Of a DNA stretch of 64,000 bases, positions 1 to 8,711 are shown piece after piece (the stretch's first letter is position 1; each line of letters opens with the position of its first letter). Below the pieces are notes generated by a model that worked only from the letters and a program-made list of their open reading frames with translations, ran no database searches and was not told where the DNA came from. Source of the stretch: Verrucomicrobiaceae bacterium (lineage in GTDB: Bacteria; Verrucomicrobiota; Verrucomicrobiia; Verrucomicrobiales; Akkermansiaceae); contig JBPOGH010000004.1 in NCBI GenBank assembly GCA_051252135.1, positions 193,591 through 257,590 on the forward strand, in the 5' to 3' direction. The position numbers and the translations under genes are program-made.

Positions 1-2
1 TT

Positions 3-941
3 GCCGATCAGCCTGTGATCATTTCGTGGAGGGGGGCTTACAAGGTTTCCGGCGGAACGCGGCATCGGGCTTCCTTTCTTCATGTTCCTCCGGGCGAGTA
101 TACCTTTCGGGCGGTTGGGGTGCGATTGGGAGAGGAACCACAAGCGAACCTGGTGAGTCTGAAAATCAGGATTCCGCGGCATTTTTGGGAGCGGGCCTGG
201 TTCCTGCCGTTGGTGGTGGGAGGATGTGTGGGGCTTTTGGCCTGGGCTTTGGTCGGCCGGGCGCGACGTCGGGTCCGCCGGAGGGAGCGGGAGCTGGAGT
301 TTGAACGAAAGCTGGAAGGGGACCGGACACGGATTGCGCGGGATATGCATGATGATCTGGGGACGCGCCTTAGCATTCTTAGTCTCGACGGGGCGATGGC
401 CTTAAATGATCTTGAAAGGGATCCCGGGAATGCGCGGCGACTTTTGTCGGCGATGAAGAACTCGACCCGTGAGATGGTGGCGGCAATGGATGACCTGGTG
501 TGGGCGGTGGATCCGGCTCACGATGATTTGGATCAATTTGCCTCGCATCTGACGAGGATGGCGGAAGAGGTGTTTCGAGGAAGTCCGATCCGTTATCGGT
601 TCGACATTCCGGCCCGGTTGCCGGGCTACTCCCTGCAATCGGATATGCGGCATCAGTTGGCGCTCGCGGTGAAGGAAGCTCTCCACAATGTGCTTCGTCA
701 TGCGGGTCCGTGTGAGGTGTTTCTTTCGTTGGCACTTGTGGAATCGAAGCTCCAAATTACGATTCGGGATACGGGAGCGGGTTTTGATCTCGGGCGTCCC
801 TCCACGGGTAACGGGCTTTGCAATTTCAAGGATCGTCTCGAGGAGCTCGGGGGCTCCTGTTCCATCAATTCCAGTCCCGGAGAGGGGACCGAGGTTCAAT
901 TCACGTGTCCTCTTCCCAATCACCCCAAGTCCAGTTCATGA
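3..941 (+). CDS. Sensor histidine kinase (Y_Y_Y domain, TM helix, HisKA_3, HATPase); 5'-truncated by window edge
   Basis: RIARDMHDDLG H-box, KEALHNVLRHA N-box, DTGAGF and GNGL boxes. Frame is open back to position 3. Confidence 0.92.
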   Translation, partial: ADQPVIISWRGAYKVSGGTRHRASFLHVPPGEYTFRAVGVRLGEEPQANLVSLKIRIPRHFWERAWFLPLVVGGCVGLLAWALVGRARRRVRRRERELEFERKLEGDRTRIARDMHDDLGTRLSILSLDGAMALNDLERDPGNARRLLSAMKNSTREMVAAMDDLVWAVDPAHDDLDQFASHLTRMAEEVFRGSPIRYRFDIPARLPGYSLQSDMRHQLALAVKEALHNVLRHAGPCEVFLSLALVESKLQITIRDTGAGFDLGRPSTGNGLCNFKDRLEELGGSCSINSSPGEGTEVQFTCPLPNHPKSSS

Positions 942-1573
942 ACGATCATCCTACACCAATTGCCATCGTCGAAGACGACCCGACTCTCAGAGGAACCCTT
1001 GCAGAGATCGTGCGGAGAGATGCAAAATGGAAACTCGTCGGGAGCTTTTCCTGTGCGGAAGAGGCGCTTGAAAATTTGCCACAACTGGGACCGGAAATTG
1101 TGCTTATGGACATCAGTTTGCCCGGGGCGTCGGGGATTGAATGTGTTGCCAATTTGAAGGAGCTTTGTCCCGAGGTTCAGGTGTTGATGGTGACGGTCTA
1201 TGACAACAACGATCGGATCTTTGATGCGTTGGCTGCGGGTGCATCGGGTTATCTTCTCAAACGGGATGTGCCGGAAATGCTTCTGACGGCGCTCTCCGAT
1301 TTGCTGGCGGGGGGGTCTCCGATGTCCAGTGCGATTGCCCGGAAGGTGGTGCAGCACTTTCAAAAGAAGCCGGAAGTGAATCTTGAGGAGTATGCTCTGA
1401 CGCCGCGCGAGACCCAGATTTTGGAACAGCTGGTGACGGGTTCCCTTTATAAGGAGATTGCCGAAGAGCTTAAAATCGGAGTGGAGACGGTGCGGACCCA
1501 TCTTCGGAACATTTACGCCAAGCTGCATGTCCGCACGCGGACGGAAGCGGTGGTCAAGTATCTTGGTCATTGA
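938..1573 (+). CDS. NarL/LuxR-family response regulator
   Basis: IAIVEDD, LMDISLPG, GYLLK and LTPRE...YKEIA HTH. ATG at 938 overlaps the kinase stop (ATGA). Confidence 0.95.
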   Translation: MNDHPTPIAIVEDDPTLRGTLAEIVRRDAKWKLVGSFSCAEEALENLPQLGPEIVLMDISLPGASGIECVANLKELCPEVQVLMVTVYDNNDRIFDALAAGASGYLLKRDVPEMLLTALSDLLAGGSPMSSAIARKVVQHFQKKPEVNLEEYALTPRETQILEQLVTGSLYKEIAEELKIGVETVRTHLRNIYAKLHVRTRTEAVVKYLGH

Positions 1574-1638
1574 GAAACACGGGCCGCTTTTTCGGAGACA
1601 GAGAGCGGTTCACCCGATCATCCATCCCCTGATAATTT

Positions 1639-3042
1639 TTGAAGACACATTACCTTTACCTGCCCCGCCTCGTGATTCCCGGAGTGATGAGCTTGCTGAC
1701 TCTGAGCCCTCCGGGGTTTGCCGAAACTCCTTACTTGATCGAACTGCCGGAGGTGGTGGAAGCGAGGCTTGAGGTGGAGACCAACAAGAAAGTGCCGGTG
1801 AATCCGATGCTGCTGGGTCTGAATTGCAGTTGGCCGGAGAGGCAATACGGGAAGGTGGGCTACAATCATCCGGATGCGCAGAAGTTGATTCGTTCTTTTA
1901 AGCCGAGTTCATTGAGATTTCCCCATGGGGTGTGGGCGAATTTTTATGACTGGGAAAGTGACGGGCGTCGAATGACCGACTCCTACAAAACGCCGTATGA
2001 TGCGGCGGTGAAGGATCATCCTGATTTGAAGTATGGGTTCGAGGGACTGCATCAACTCCATGGGGAGTTGGGCTTCGACGTTTTATTTACGTGGAATGTG
2101 AATTATGATTCTCCCGAGAAGGGAGTGAGGCGCTTGTTGGATCGGCGTGAGAAGGGGTTTCAAGTGAAGCGGGTTGAGCTTGGGAATGAAATCTTTTGGA
2201 AGACGCAGAGGAGTGGGGCGGTGAGTGATGTGGGAAAGTATATTTCAGTTTCCAAGGCCCATGCGGCGGCGTTGAAGGCGGTGGATCCGGAGATTGAGAT
2301 CTCGGTGCCGATTCATTGGCGGGAGGTGCTGACGAATGCCTGGAATCTGCCGTTTTTGAGGGAGGATTATTTTGATGCGATCACGATTCACAAGTACATC
2401 GATAAGAAGGAGTCGGCGAAAGAGATGGGTGAAGCGCTGGATGCGCGGAGCGAGATGTGGGAGCTGGCGGAGAACCTGGAGTCGATTTTTCCGGGGAAGC
2501 CTCTGTGGTTTTCAGAGTGGGCGGTGACCGGTGGGGATGAGGCAACGACTGTGATCGGAACGGTGGATGCGTGGCTGGGGTTTATGAATCACCCGGAGCG
2601 CTTTGAGGTCGCGTGTTTTTTCCAGATCAATGCGTCGCATCCCTTGATTCAATATGAGCCGAAAACGGGGACGCATCGACGCACGGCATTGGGGGTGGGG
2701 TATGAGATGGTGCGTGGGGTTTTTGAGGGAGGGGAGCTCTTGAAAGCGAAGATGGAGGCGACGCAGATTGGGCACGGGTTTGATGCGGTGTGTGCGGAGG
2801 CGGTGCTGAAGGACGGGGAGGTGACGCTCTTTGCGGTGAACAAGACGAACCGGGAGGTGCCGCTAAGTTATGTGATCGACGGGCGGAAATCCGGGGTGAG
2901 TTCACACCGGGCGTTTTTGTTGACCGCTCTGGAAGTGGGGGCGAGTTATGCGCCGGATGACGATCCTTTGGTGACGATTCCCGTGGGTGGAGGAATTGTT
3001 TTACCGCCGTTATCGATCAACGAGATTCGGATCTCGAAGTAG
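1639..3042 (+). CDS. Secreted clan GH-A glycoside hydrolase (GH51/GH79-like)
   Basis: Signal peptide, LRFPHG, VELGNE (acid/base), WFSEW (nucleophile), C-terminal beta-sandwich ending LPPLSI. Confidence 0.75.
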   Translation: MKTHYLYLPRLVIPGVMSLLTLSPPGFAETPYLIELPEVVEARLEVETNKKVPVNPMLLGLNCSWPERQYGKVGYNHPDAQKLIRSFKPSSLRFPHGVWANFYDWESDGRRMTDSYKTPYDAAVKDHPDLKYGFEGLHQLHGELGFDVLFTWNVNYDSPEKGVRRLLDRREKGFQVKRVELGNEIFWKTQRSGAVSDVGKYISVSKAHAAALKAVDPEIEISVPIHWREVLTNAWNLPFLREDYFDAITIHKYIDKKESAKEMGEALDARSEMWELAENLESIFPGKPLWFSEWAVTGGDEATTVIGTVDAWLGFMNHPERFEVACFFQINASHPLIQYEPKTGTHRRTALGVGYEMVRGVFEGGELLKAKMEATQIGHGFDAVCAEAVLKDGEVTLFAVNKTNREVPLSYVIDGRKSGVSSHRAFLLTALEVGASYAPDDDPLVTIPVGGGIVLPPLSINEIRISK

Positions 3043-3046
3043 GTCG

Positions 3047-3124
3047 CTACGGTTTGCTGACCGTTTGGATGAAGGCGCGGATGGCTTCGAATTGTTTGGC
3101 GGAGTCGCCCCCGAGGAGTTCGGG
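3047..3124 (-). pseudogene. Orphan duplicate 3' end of the cytochrome c gene at 8712-10685 (PELLGGDSAKQFEAIRAFIQTVSKP*)
   Basis: 3065-3124 matches 8733-8792 at 59/60 nt. The frame continues TVSKP to TAG at 3049-3047. Confidence 0.85.
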
Positions 3125-3233
3125 GCCGATTGTGAATGGCGGCGGGAGATGAGCAGCAGCTAATCAATGAGCACCACCTAGTTCTTCTGGGGGTGGGTGG
3201 TTTTATTGCAAATGGTCCGGAGGTAGATATTTG

Positions 3234-4823
3234 CTAATCTTGTGATCTAAATTCCAAACGATAGTAACCCTTAGGGTTCTGCTGGTGAGGTGTGCTTAGG
3301 ATAGTAGCCTTCATCGTCTGGGTTCCATTTTGAACGGGGCCTAGCTCGATATTTGTTGGTTGACCAACCCATCGTGTGAGGTCTGTGGAGTAGGCGATAA
3401 CAGGCTGAATTCCAGCTGTGTTTATGAATTGCTTCCACGTAAACTCAGACAAGGGAGATTGATCTCTGTCATTGGAAAATCTCGCAGTTGGAAAATCCTG
3501 ATTTGAAATCGAATGGGGAGTTTCTCCGAGAGCAAACGCCATGAAGTTTGTGTAGCCCTCGGGGTTTAATGTTGCAGAGGGAGAGCGTTCCTCAGCAGAG
3601 TAGATTTCGGCTGGGAGAAAATGATCCAGCCAGACCTGAAAAGATACAGGGGAGGCTTGAAGGGCGAGAGTGCCGGTCCTTACTTCTCCAAATTGAGTGA
3701 GCGTTACGATCCTCCCATCTCTGCCGAGATGAGAACTAACATAGGATGAGCTTTGAAGACCCTCCGGGTTTAATTCTATTTCATGTGGATTTGCAGGGTC
3801 CGCAACATCCAAAATTGCGATCTTAGGACTACCGCTGACAACCAAAAGACTGGAGAAGCTGGTTCTCAGACTATCGCCAGCGCGTATTGAGAATGTCTCA
3901 GCATTGTAGACTTCGGTGAGAGATTGTAATTGAATATTCTTGAGTAGTGTCGGTGCTACTCTGCTATCCCGTATTGCAGTCTGAGACATATCGTAAATTT
4001 GGATCGTTCCATCAGAAAGAAATGCGTAGAGGGTGTTCCTTGACGGAGCTTCCAGTTTGACGAGTGGAGCGGGAAGGGTGTCGCTCCGAAGAAGGTTTCC
4101 TCTTGCGATAAATGGGCGGGGATCGATATCGATACTCCAAAAGTCTAATCGCTCATAAGACCCTGCTACAAGAACGTTAGAACCCCGAGGGTGGAAGATA
4201 TCTCCGCCATCTCTTTCCAAATCCAAGCTGCGATTGCCGCTTCTGCTAATGGTCCCAGCGTTGTAGCCACGGTAGTTGGGTCCTCCATCGTAGAAATCTT
4301 CAAAAGAGTTTCTTGGATCACGCCACACAACGATGGTCCCGGATTCGTTCACCCAGGCGATTGAAGGCCATAGGGTATCGTCAATTTTGACGCCGCGATA
4401 TCCTCCTGCACTATTTGTGTCGTTTCGTGGACCCAAGTCTGTGATCGAGGGGCTTGAAGATTGGCCGATTGTCAATTCTCTCATTTTTCCACCATCGACA
4501 AGAGCAAAGGCCTGCTGCTCTCCAAGGTAGACACCGTTTAAGATAACATCACGAAGACCAGATTGGGGGTAAGCATTCGTTAGCCATCCATTCTGTCTGG
4601 ATTCTCCTGCGAAGATCCAGCCGACAGATGGGACAACAAATGTAACTGCTCCCCAATACTCAGAAGTTTTGATGTACTTCCCTGCACCCGCTCCGATATT
4701 GTCGTAAAACGCAAACGAAGGGACATCGGAGATGGCGAGTTTTTCACCGAGATTTAGCTGAGCGGAGATGTGGGGAGCGGTAATCAGGAGTGAAAGGGCT
4801 GAGAGTAAGCTAGTCTTTGTCAT
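3234..4823 (-). CDS. Secreted beta-rich protein (LVIVD-like repeats) with verrucomicrobial-type C-terminal domain
   Basis: Start moved to MTKTSLLSALSLL (signal peptide; avoids overlap with the upstream gene). IQIYDMS and IAILDVADPANP repeats. C-terminus YSTDLTRW...YYRLEF. Confidence 0.7.
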   Translation of the reverse strand: MTKTSLLSALSLLITAPHISAQLNLGEKLAISDVPSFAFYDNIGAGAGKYIKTSEYWGAVTFVVPSVGWIFAGESRQNGWLTNAYPQSGLRDVILNGVYLGEQQAFALVDGGKMRELTIGQSSSPSITDLGPRNDTNSAGGYRGVKIDDTLWPSIAWVNESGTIVVWRDPRNSFEDFYDGGPNYRGYNAGTISRSGNRSLDLERDGGDIFHPRGSNVLVAGSYERLDFWSIDIDPRPFIARGNLLRSDTLPAPLVKLEAPSRNTLYAFLSDGTIQIYDMSQTAIRDSRVAPTLLKNIQLQSLTEVYNAETFSIRAGDSLRTSFSSLLVVSGSPKIAILDVADPANPHEIELNPEGLQSSSYVSSHLGRDGRIVTLTQFGEVRTGTLALQASPVSFQVWLDHFLPAEIYSAEERSPSATLNPEGYTNFMAFALGETPHSISNQDFPTARFSNDRDQSPLSEFTWKQFINTAGIQPVIAYSTDLTRWVGQPTNIELGPVQNGTQTMKATILSTPHQQNPKGYYRLEFRSQD

Positions 4824-4866
4824 GGTGATCTTTGAAAAGGAAATTATTGGGCTGTCGCTGAAAAAA

Positions 4867-7800
4867 TTACCGGACTCCGCTAAGAGTGACCCGATACAGA
4901 GCCTTGGTTGCAGCTTCCAAATTGACGTCGCAGATTGTTCGTACCGTTCCTCGGTCATAGACGGGCGAGTCCTCAGGGAGTTTTTCCCATTCGCCGTCTT
5001 GATTGAGCTTTTGGACTTCGTAAGTTACCGCTGGATCGACCGGACCAAAGGTGATGTCAGTTACTTGACTGGTTGATCCCGGGGCAACTAGTTCCACAAC
5101 GAATCGAGAAGCGCGGCTTGTGGGGTCTGTGTTGTTAAGGAATTCGGTGGCGTTATTGTCTCCGTCACCGTCTGGATCCGCCCAGGGGAATGCGGCGGCG
5201 GCAGAAATTGACGCGAAATACCGGACCTCCCAGTGATCGTCCAACCCGTCGTTATCAATGTCGGTCTTGTCACCCACTTTCAAATGACCGAAGGTGCTCG
5301 GGTGCCGAAGGCCGTCTGCAGAAACTGCGACAATTTCATAGACCCAATTACCTGGTTCCAAGGTGCCAGAAAATGTAAATTCGGTCAGATTAGTTTCCCC
5401 TAGCCTGACCCGGCTGGGTGATGTGGTGTTCCTTCTGATAAAGACTTCGTATTTGGTAGCTCCTTCTGCAGGGTGCCAAGTGAAATCGATAGGTTCATCG
5501 AACTGGAAAGGTGCTCTCATGAAGTGTGGTTTGATTCGTCTTGGTGCCTCTAACACGACCCCCTGAAATGGTAATAGTGAATTTAGGCCGATTGTGTTTC
5601 CGCGGGAGTCGCGGAGCTCCCGGTTGAAGGGATCTAGAAAGCTCTGCCCCATAAGATAGACAGCATCACTATGTTTATCGCCACGGCCATATTTGTCTGA
5701 GTCATTGTTGCCTTCTTCCTGAGGAGCAACCCGCTTTAAATAGCCGTCAATATTGACCTGATTGACACCGGTACTTTGCCCCCAATTTTCTAACGGAGTT
5801 GTGGAACTAAAAATAGCGTCTGTTTCATCCTTCGTGTAGTAGGACTGGCTATGGAACGGAATTTTCCCAGATAAGGATCGAGTATATCCATCTAGTTTAC
5901 TCAATTCGAACGTATTGAAGTATGCCCCTGCACCGAACAAGCTTCCATTTCCGGGGATATAGGGGTCTAGGTATACTGCTTGTATTTCGGTATTTAGAGG
6001 AAAATCCCAAGAAATTGCGCGTGTGCATGAGAGAACTCCCCATGAACCCGCGCTCCATCCGATGATTGTGATCTCGCTAAGATCGAGGCCCGATAGCTTC
6101 TTTGCTGTTAACAATCCGTGTTGATAGGCATAGAAGCTCGCCTTCTTAGGGGCTGATAGGATATTGCCTCCAGTTGCTGCATCGGTTGACCAATATATTG
6201 GAATGAGTTGCCAGTCCTTAAATGTAGTGTCCTTATCCCGTTCCCATCCTTGGATGAGTTGATCCCAGGCTCCAGTATAAATCTCGGCCGGTGATTTTTC
6301 TTCAGGGTTCCAACCATGGAAGAGAATAACTATTTTGTTTTTTGTTACGTGATTATTGTAGATGTCCTTGATTGGTGAAATCGACCTTGTTTCGAGATCA
6401 GGGCCGCTGAGAAACTCCTCGGGAATTTTTGAGAGTAAATGACTCCGTTCGAAATCGGCGAGCTGATATGGGTCCAATTCTAAGGCGGTTCTCACCGTGC
6501 TGGCGTCAGAAGCATTGGATTCACCTTCATTATTTTCAGTCTTTAATCGATAAGAATATTCCGTGTTTGGGGAGAGATGTGGTCCTAGATCATCATATTC
6601 TAAATCGGGCCCCCAGTAAACCTGAGTATAATCTCCGTCAATTTCAGTCGCACGGAAAAGGCGATAATTAATAGCTCCGTCTACTTGGAGCCAAGTAATC
6701 TGGATTCCTGAGCTATTTAGGACCTCAAGAGCAGGAGCTAGCGGCGTTGCGGGCCCCGGTGGCGGACTTGTTGTGATACTGCTTGAGCTAGATCGTTGGG
6801 ATTCGCCTTCGTTGGTATCTGCGCTGAGTTGGTAAAAATAGGTGGTATTGGGAGAAAGGTGATCTCCCTCATCAAAGTAGGTTCGGTCAGGGCCCCAGTA
6901 GATCTGAGTGTAGGTTCCGTTGAGAGTGGTGGACCGGAAGAGACGGTAGTTGGTCGCTCCTGAGGTAGAGTTCCATGAAGCTCTAATGCCATTGGGGCCA
7001 AGGACTAAAAGTGTGGGAGCGGACGGTGCTGGAGGTTCGTCAGGGTTTTCTGTTTTTGCATTGCTGGAAGTCGAGCGGGGGGATTCTCCTAATGCATTCT
7101 CTACGCTGAGTTGATAAAAGTAGGTAGTGTCGGCGGAAAGGTGGTTTCCTTGATCAGTGTAGGATAGATTCGGGCCCCAGTAGATCTGGGTGTAGGTTCC
7201 GTTGAGAGTCGAAGAGCGGAAGAGCCGGTAGTTTGTGATTCCGCTCGTGGAATTCCAGGTAGCGCGGATACCATTCGCGCTCAGAACCGTGAGGGTTGGA
7301 GCGTTGGGAGCTTGGGGTCCGGTGGGACTACTGGTTCTTGCATTTTGGGAGCTCGATTGCCCGGACTCTCCGGAGTTGTTGGAGGCGCTGACCTTGTAGT
7401 AGTAAGTCGTGTTGGCCGAAAGATGATTGCCTTGGTCAGTGTAGTTGCGATTGGGTCCCCAGTAGATCTGGGTGTAGGAGCCGCTGGAGCTGGTTGATCT
7501 GTAGAGATGATAGTTGGAAGCACCGGTTGAGGAACCCCACGAAGCTTGGATGCCGTTGGTTCCAATGACGGTGAGAGCAAGTGCGCCAGGGGTCGGTGGT
7601 GTTGAAGGAGTTGCCTCCTGAGTGCGGGCACTGCGTGAGCTCGACCGAGCAGACTCCCCAGTGGAGTTGGAGGCACTGACCTTGTAGTAGTAAGTCGTGT
7701 TGGCGGAGAGGTGATTACCCTGATCGGTGTAGTTGAGATTGGGTCCCCAGTAGATTTGAGTGTAGGAGCCGCCGGAGCTGGTAGCACGATAGAGGTGGTA

Positions 7801-8517
7801 ATTATCGGCGCCGGAAGAGGAACCCCACGAAGCCTGGATGCCATTGGTGCCGAGAACAGTGAGGGTAGGGGAGGAGGGGGTGGCAGGAATTGCTTCCTGA
7901 GTGCGGGCACTGCGTGAGCTCGACCGGGCAGATTCGCCTGAAGTATTGGAGGCGCTGACCTTGTAGTAGTAGGTGGTATTGGCGGAGAGGTGGTTTCCTT
8001 GATCAGTGTAGTTGCGATTGGGGCCCCAGTAGATCTGGGTGTAGGAGCCGTTCGAGCTGGTGGCGCGATAGAGATGGTAGTTGTCGGCACCGGAAGAGGA
8101 GCCCCAAGAAGCCTGAATGCCGTTGGTGCCGAGAACAGTGAGGGTAGGGGAGGAGGGGGTCGAAGGAGTTGCTTCCTGAGTGCGGGCGCTGCGTGAGCTC
8201 GATAGGGCAGATTCCCCGGAGGCATCAGATGCGCTCACTTTGTAGTAGTAGGTGGTGTCAGCGGAGAGATGGTTTCCTTGGTCGGTATAGGTGCGATTGG
8301 GACCCCAGTAGATCTGGGTGTAGGAGCCGCTCGAGCTGGTAGCGCGGTAGAGGTGGAAGTTGTCGGCGCCGGAGGAGGAGCCCCACGAAGCCTGGATGCC
8401 GTTGGTGCCGAGAACAGTGAGAGTAGGGGAGGAGGGGGTCGGTGGTGCCGCAATTGACCAGAGAGTGGATGAGAGAATTAGGAGGATTATTTTCAACGAA
8501 TCGTAGATATTTCTCAT
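4867..8517 (-). CDS. Secreted protein: 7 fibronectin type III domains, lipase-like alpha/beta-hydrolase, FN3, DxDxDG repeats, C-terminal domain
   Basis: Seven roughly 93-aa W...Y...YxYxV repeats. ILFHGW, IIGWSAG and YLDPY motifs. DIDNDGLDD and DPDGDGDNN. Confidence 0.85.
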   Translation of the reverse strand: MRNIYDSLKIILLILSSTLWSIAAPPTPSSPTLTVLGTNGIQASWGSSSGADNFHLYRATSSSGSYTQIYWGPNRTYTDQGNHLSADTTYYYKVSASDASGESALSSSRSARTQEATPSTPSSPTLTVLGTNGIQASWGSSSGADNYHLYRATSSNGSYTQIYWGPNRNYTDQGNHLSANTTYYYKVSASNTSGESARSSSRSARTQEAIPATPSSPTLTVLGTNGIQASWGSSSGADNYHLYRATSSGGSYTQIYWGPNLNYTDQGNHLSANTTYYYKVSASNSTGESARSSSRSARTQEATPSTPPTPGALALTVIGTNGIQASWGSSTGASNYHLYRSTSSSGSYTQIYWGPNRNYTDQGNHLSANTTYYYKVSASNNSGESGQSSSQNARTSSPTGPQAPNAPTLTVLSANGIRATWNSTSGITNYRLFRSSTLNGTYTQIYWGPNLSYTDQGNHLSADTTYFYQLSVENALGESPRSTSSNAKTENPDEPPAPSAPTLLVLGPNGIRASWNSTSGATNYRLFRSTTLNGTYTQIYWGPDRTYFDEGDHLSPNTTYFYQLSADTNEGESQRSSSSSITTSPPPGPATPLAPALEVLNSSGIQITWLQVDGAINYRLFRATEIDGDYTQVYWGPDLEYDDLGPHLSPNTEYSYRLKTENNEGESNASDASTVRTALELDPYQLADFERSHLLSKIPEEFLSGPDLETRSISPIKDIYNNHVTKNKIVILFHGWNPEEKSPAEIYTGAWDQLIQGWERDKDTTFKDWQLIPIYWSTDAATGGNILSAPKKASFYAYQHGLLTAKKLSGLDLSEITIIGWSAGSWGVLSCTRAISWDFPLNTEIQAVYLDPYIPGNGSLFGAGAYFNTFELSKLDGYTRSLSGKIPFHSQSYYTKDETDAIFSSTTPLENWGQSTGVNQVNIDGYLKRVAPQEEGNNDSDKYGRGDKHSDAVYLMGQSFLDPFNRELRDSRGNTIGLNSLLPFQGVVLEAPRRIKPHFMRAPFQFDEPIDFTWHPAEGATKYEVFIRRNTTSPSRVRLGETNLTEFTFSGTLEPGNWVYEIVAVSADGLRHPSTFGHLKVGDKTDIDNDGLDDHWEVRYFASISAAAAFPWADPDGDGDNNATEFLNNTDPTSRASRFVVELVAPGSTSQVTDITFGPVDPAVTYEVQKLNQDGEWEKLPEDSPVYDRGTVRTICDVNLEAATKALYRVTLSGVR
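6480..8448 (-). repeat. Intragenic tandem FN3 repeats (7 units; first three at 279-bp period, near-identical)
   Basis: Recurring CCCCAGTAGAT(C/T)TG cores. Shadow ORFs start at 7711, 7990 and 8269, 279 bp apart. Ends approximate. Confidence 0.9.
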
Positions 8518-8711
8518 AGATAGAAAAGAGAGAGTTATGACTCTATTCTATTCATTCTAGTTCAGTGTTCCGACCTAAATTTCAAAGCAGCAGAATGCCC
8601 TAAATAGGTTTCGCGGTAACGCATTTGTGAATAGGGGATTATTAGATCCGATTTGAAATAGGGAGAGGGGCCTAAAATGTGTAATCTGTAAAGGTGTGTT
8701 AAGTAATTGGC

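Noticed and set aside
6480..8448. Regular repeats that might be a CRISPR array
   Set aside because: The period is about 279 bp, in frame and inside a CDS (FN3 domains). There are no unique spacers and no cas genes.
8574..8663. Imperfect inverted repeat (CCTAAATTTCAAA ... TTTGAAATAGG) near the island end as a possible attC site or IS end
   Set aside because: Short and AT-rich with no matching copy at the other end of the island, so not distinguishable from chance or an ordinary operator.
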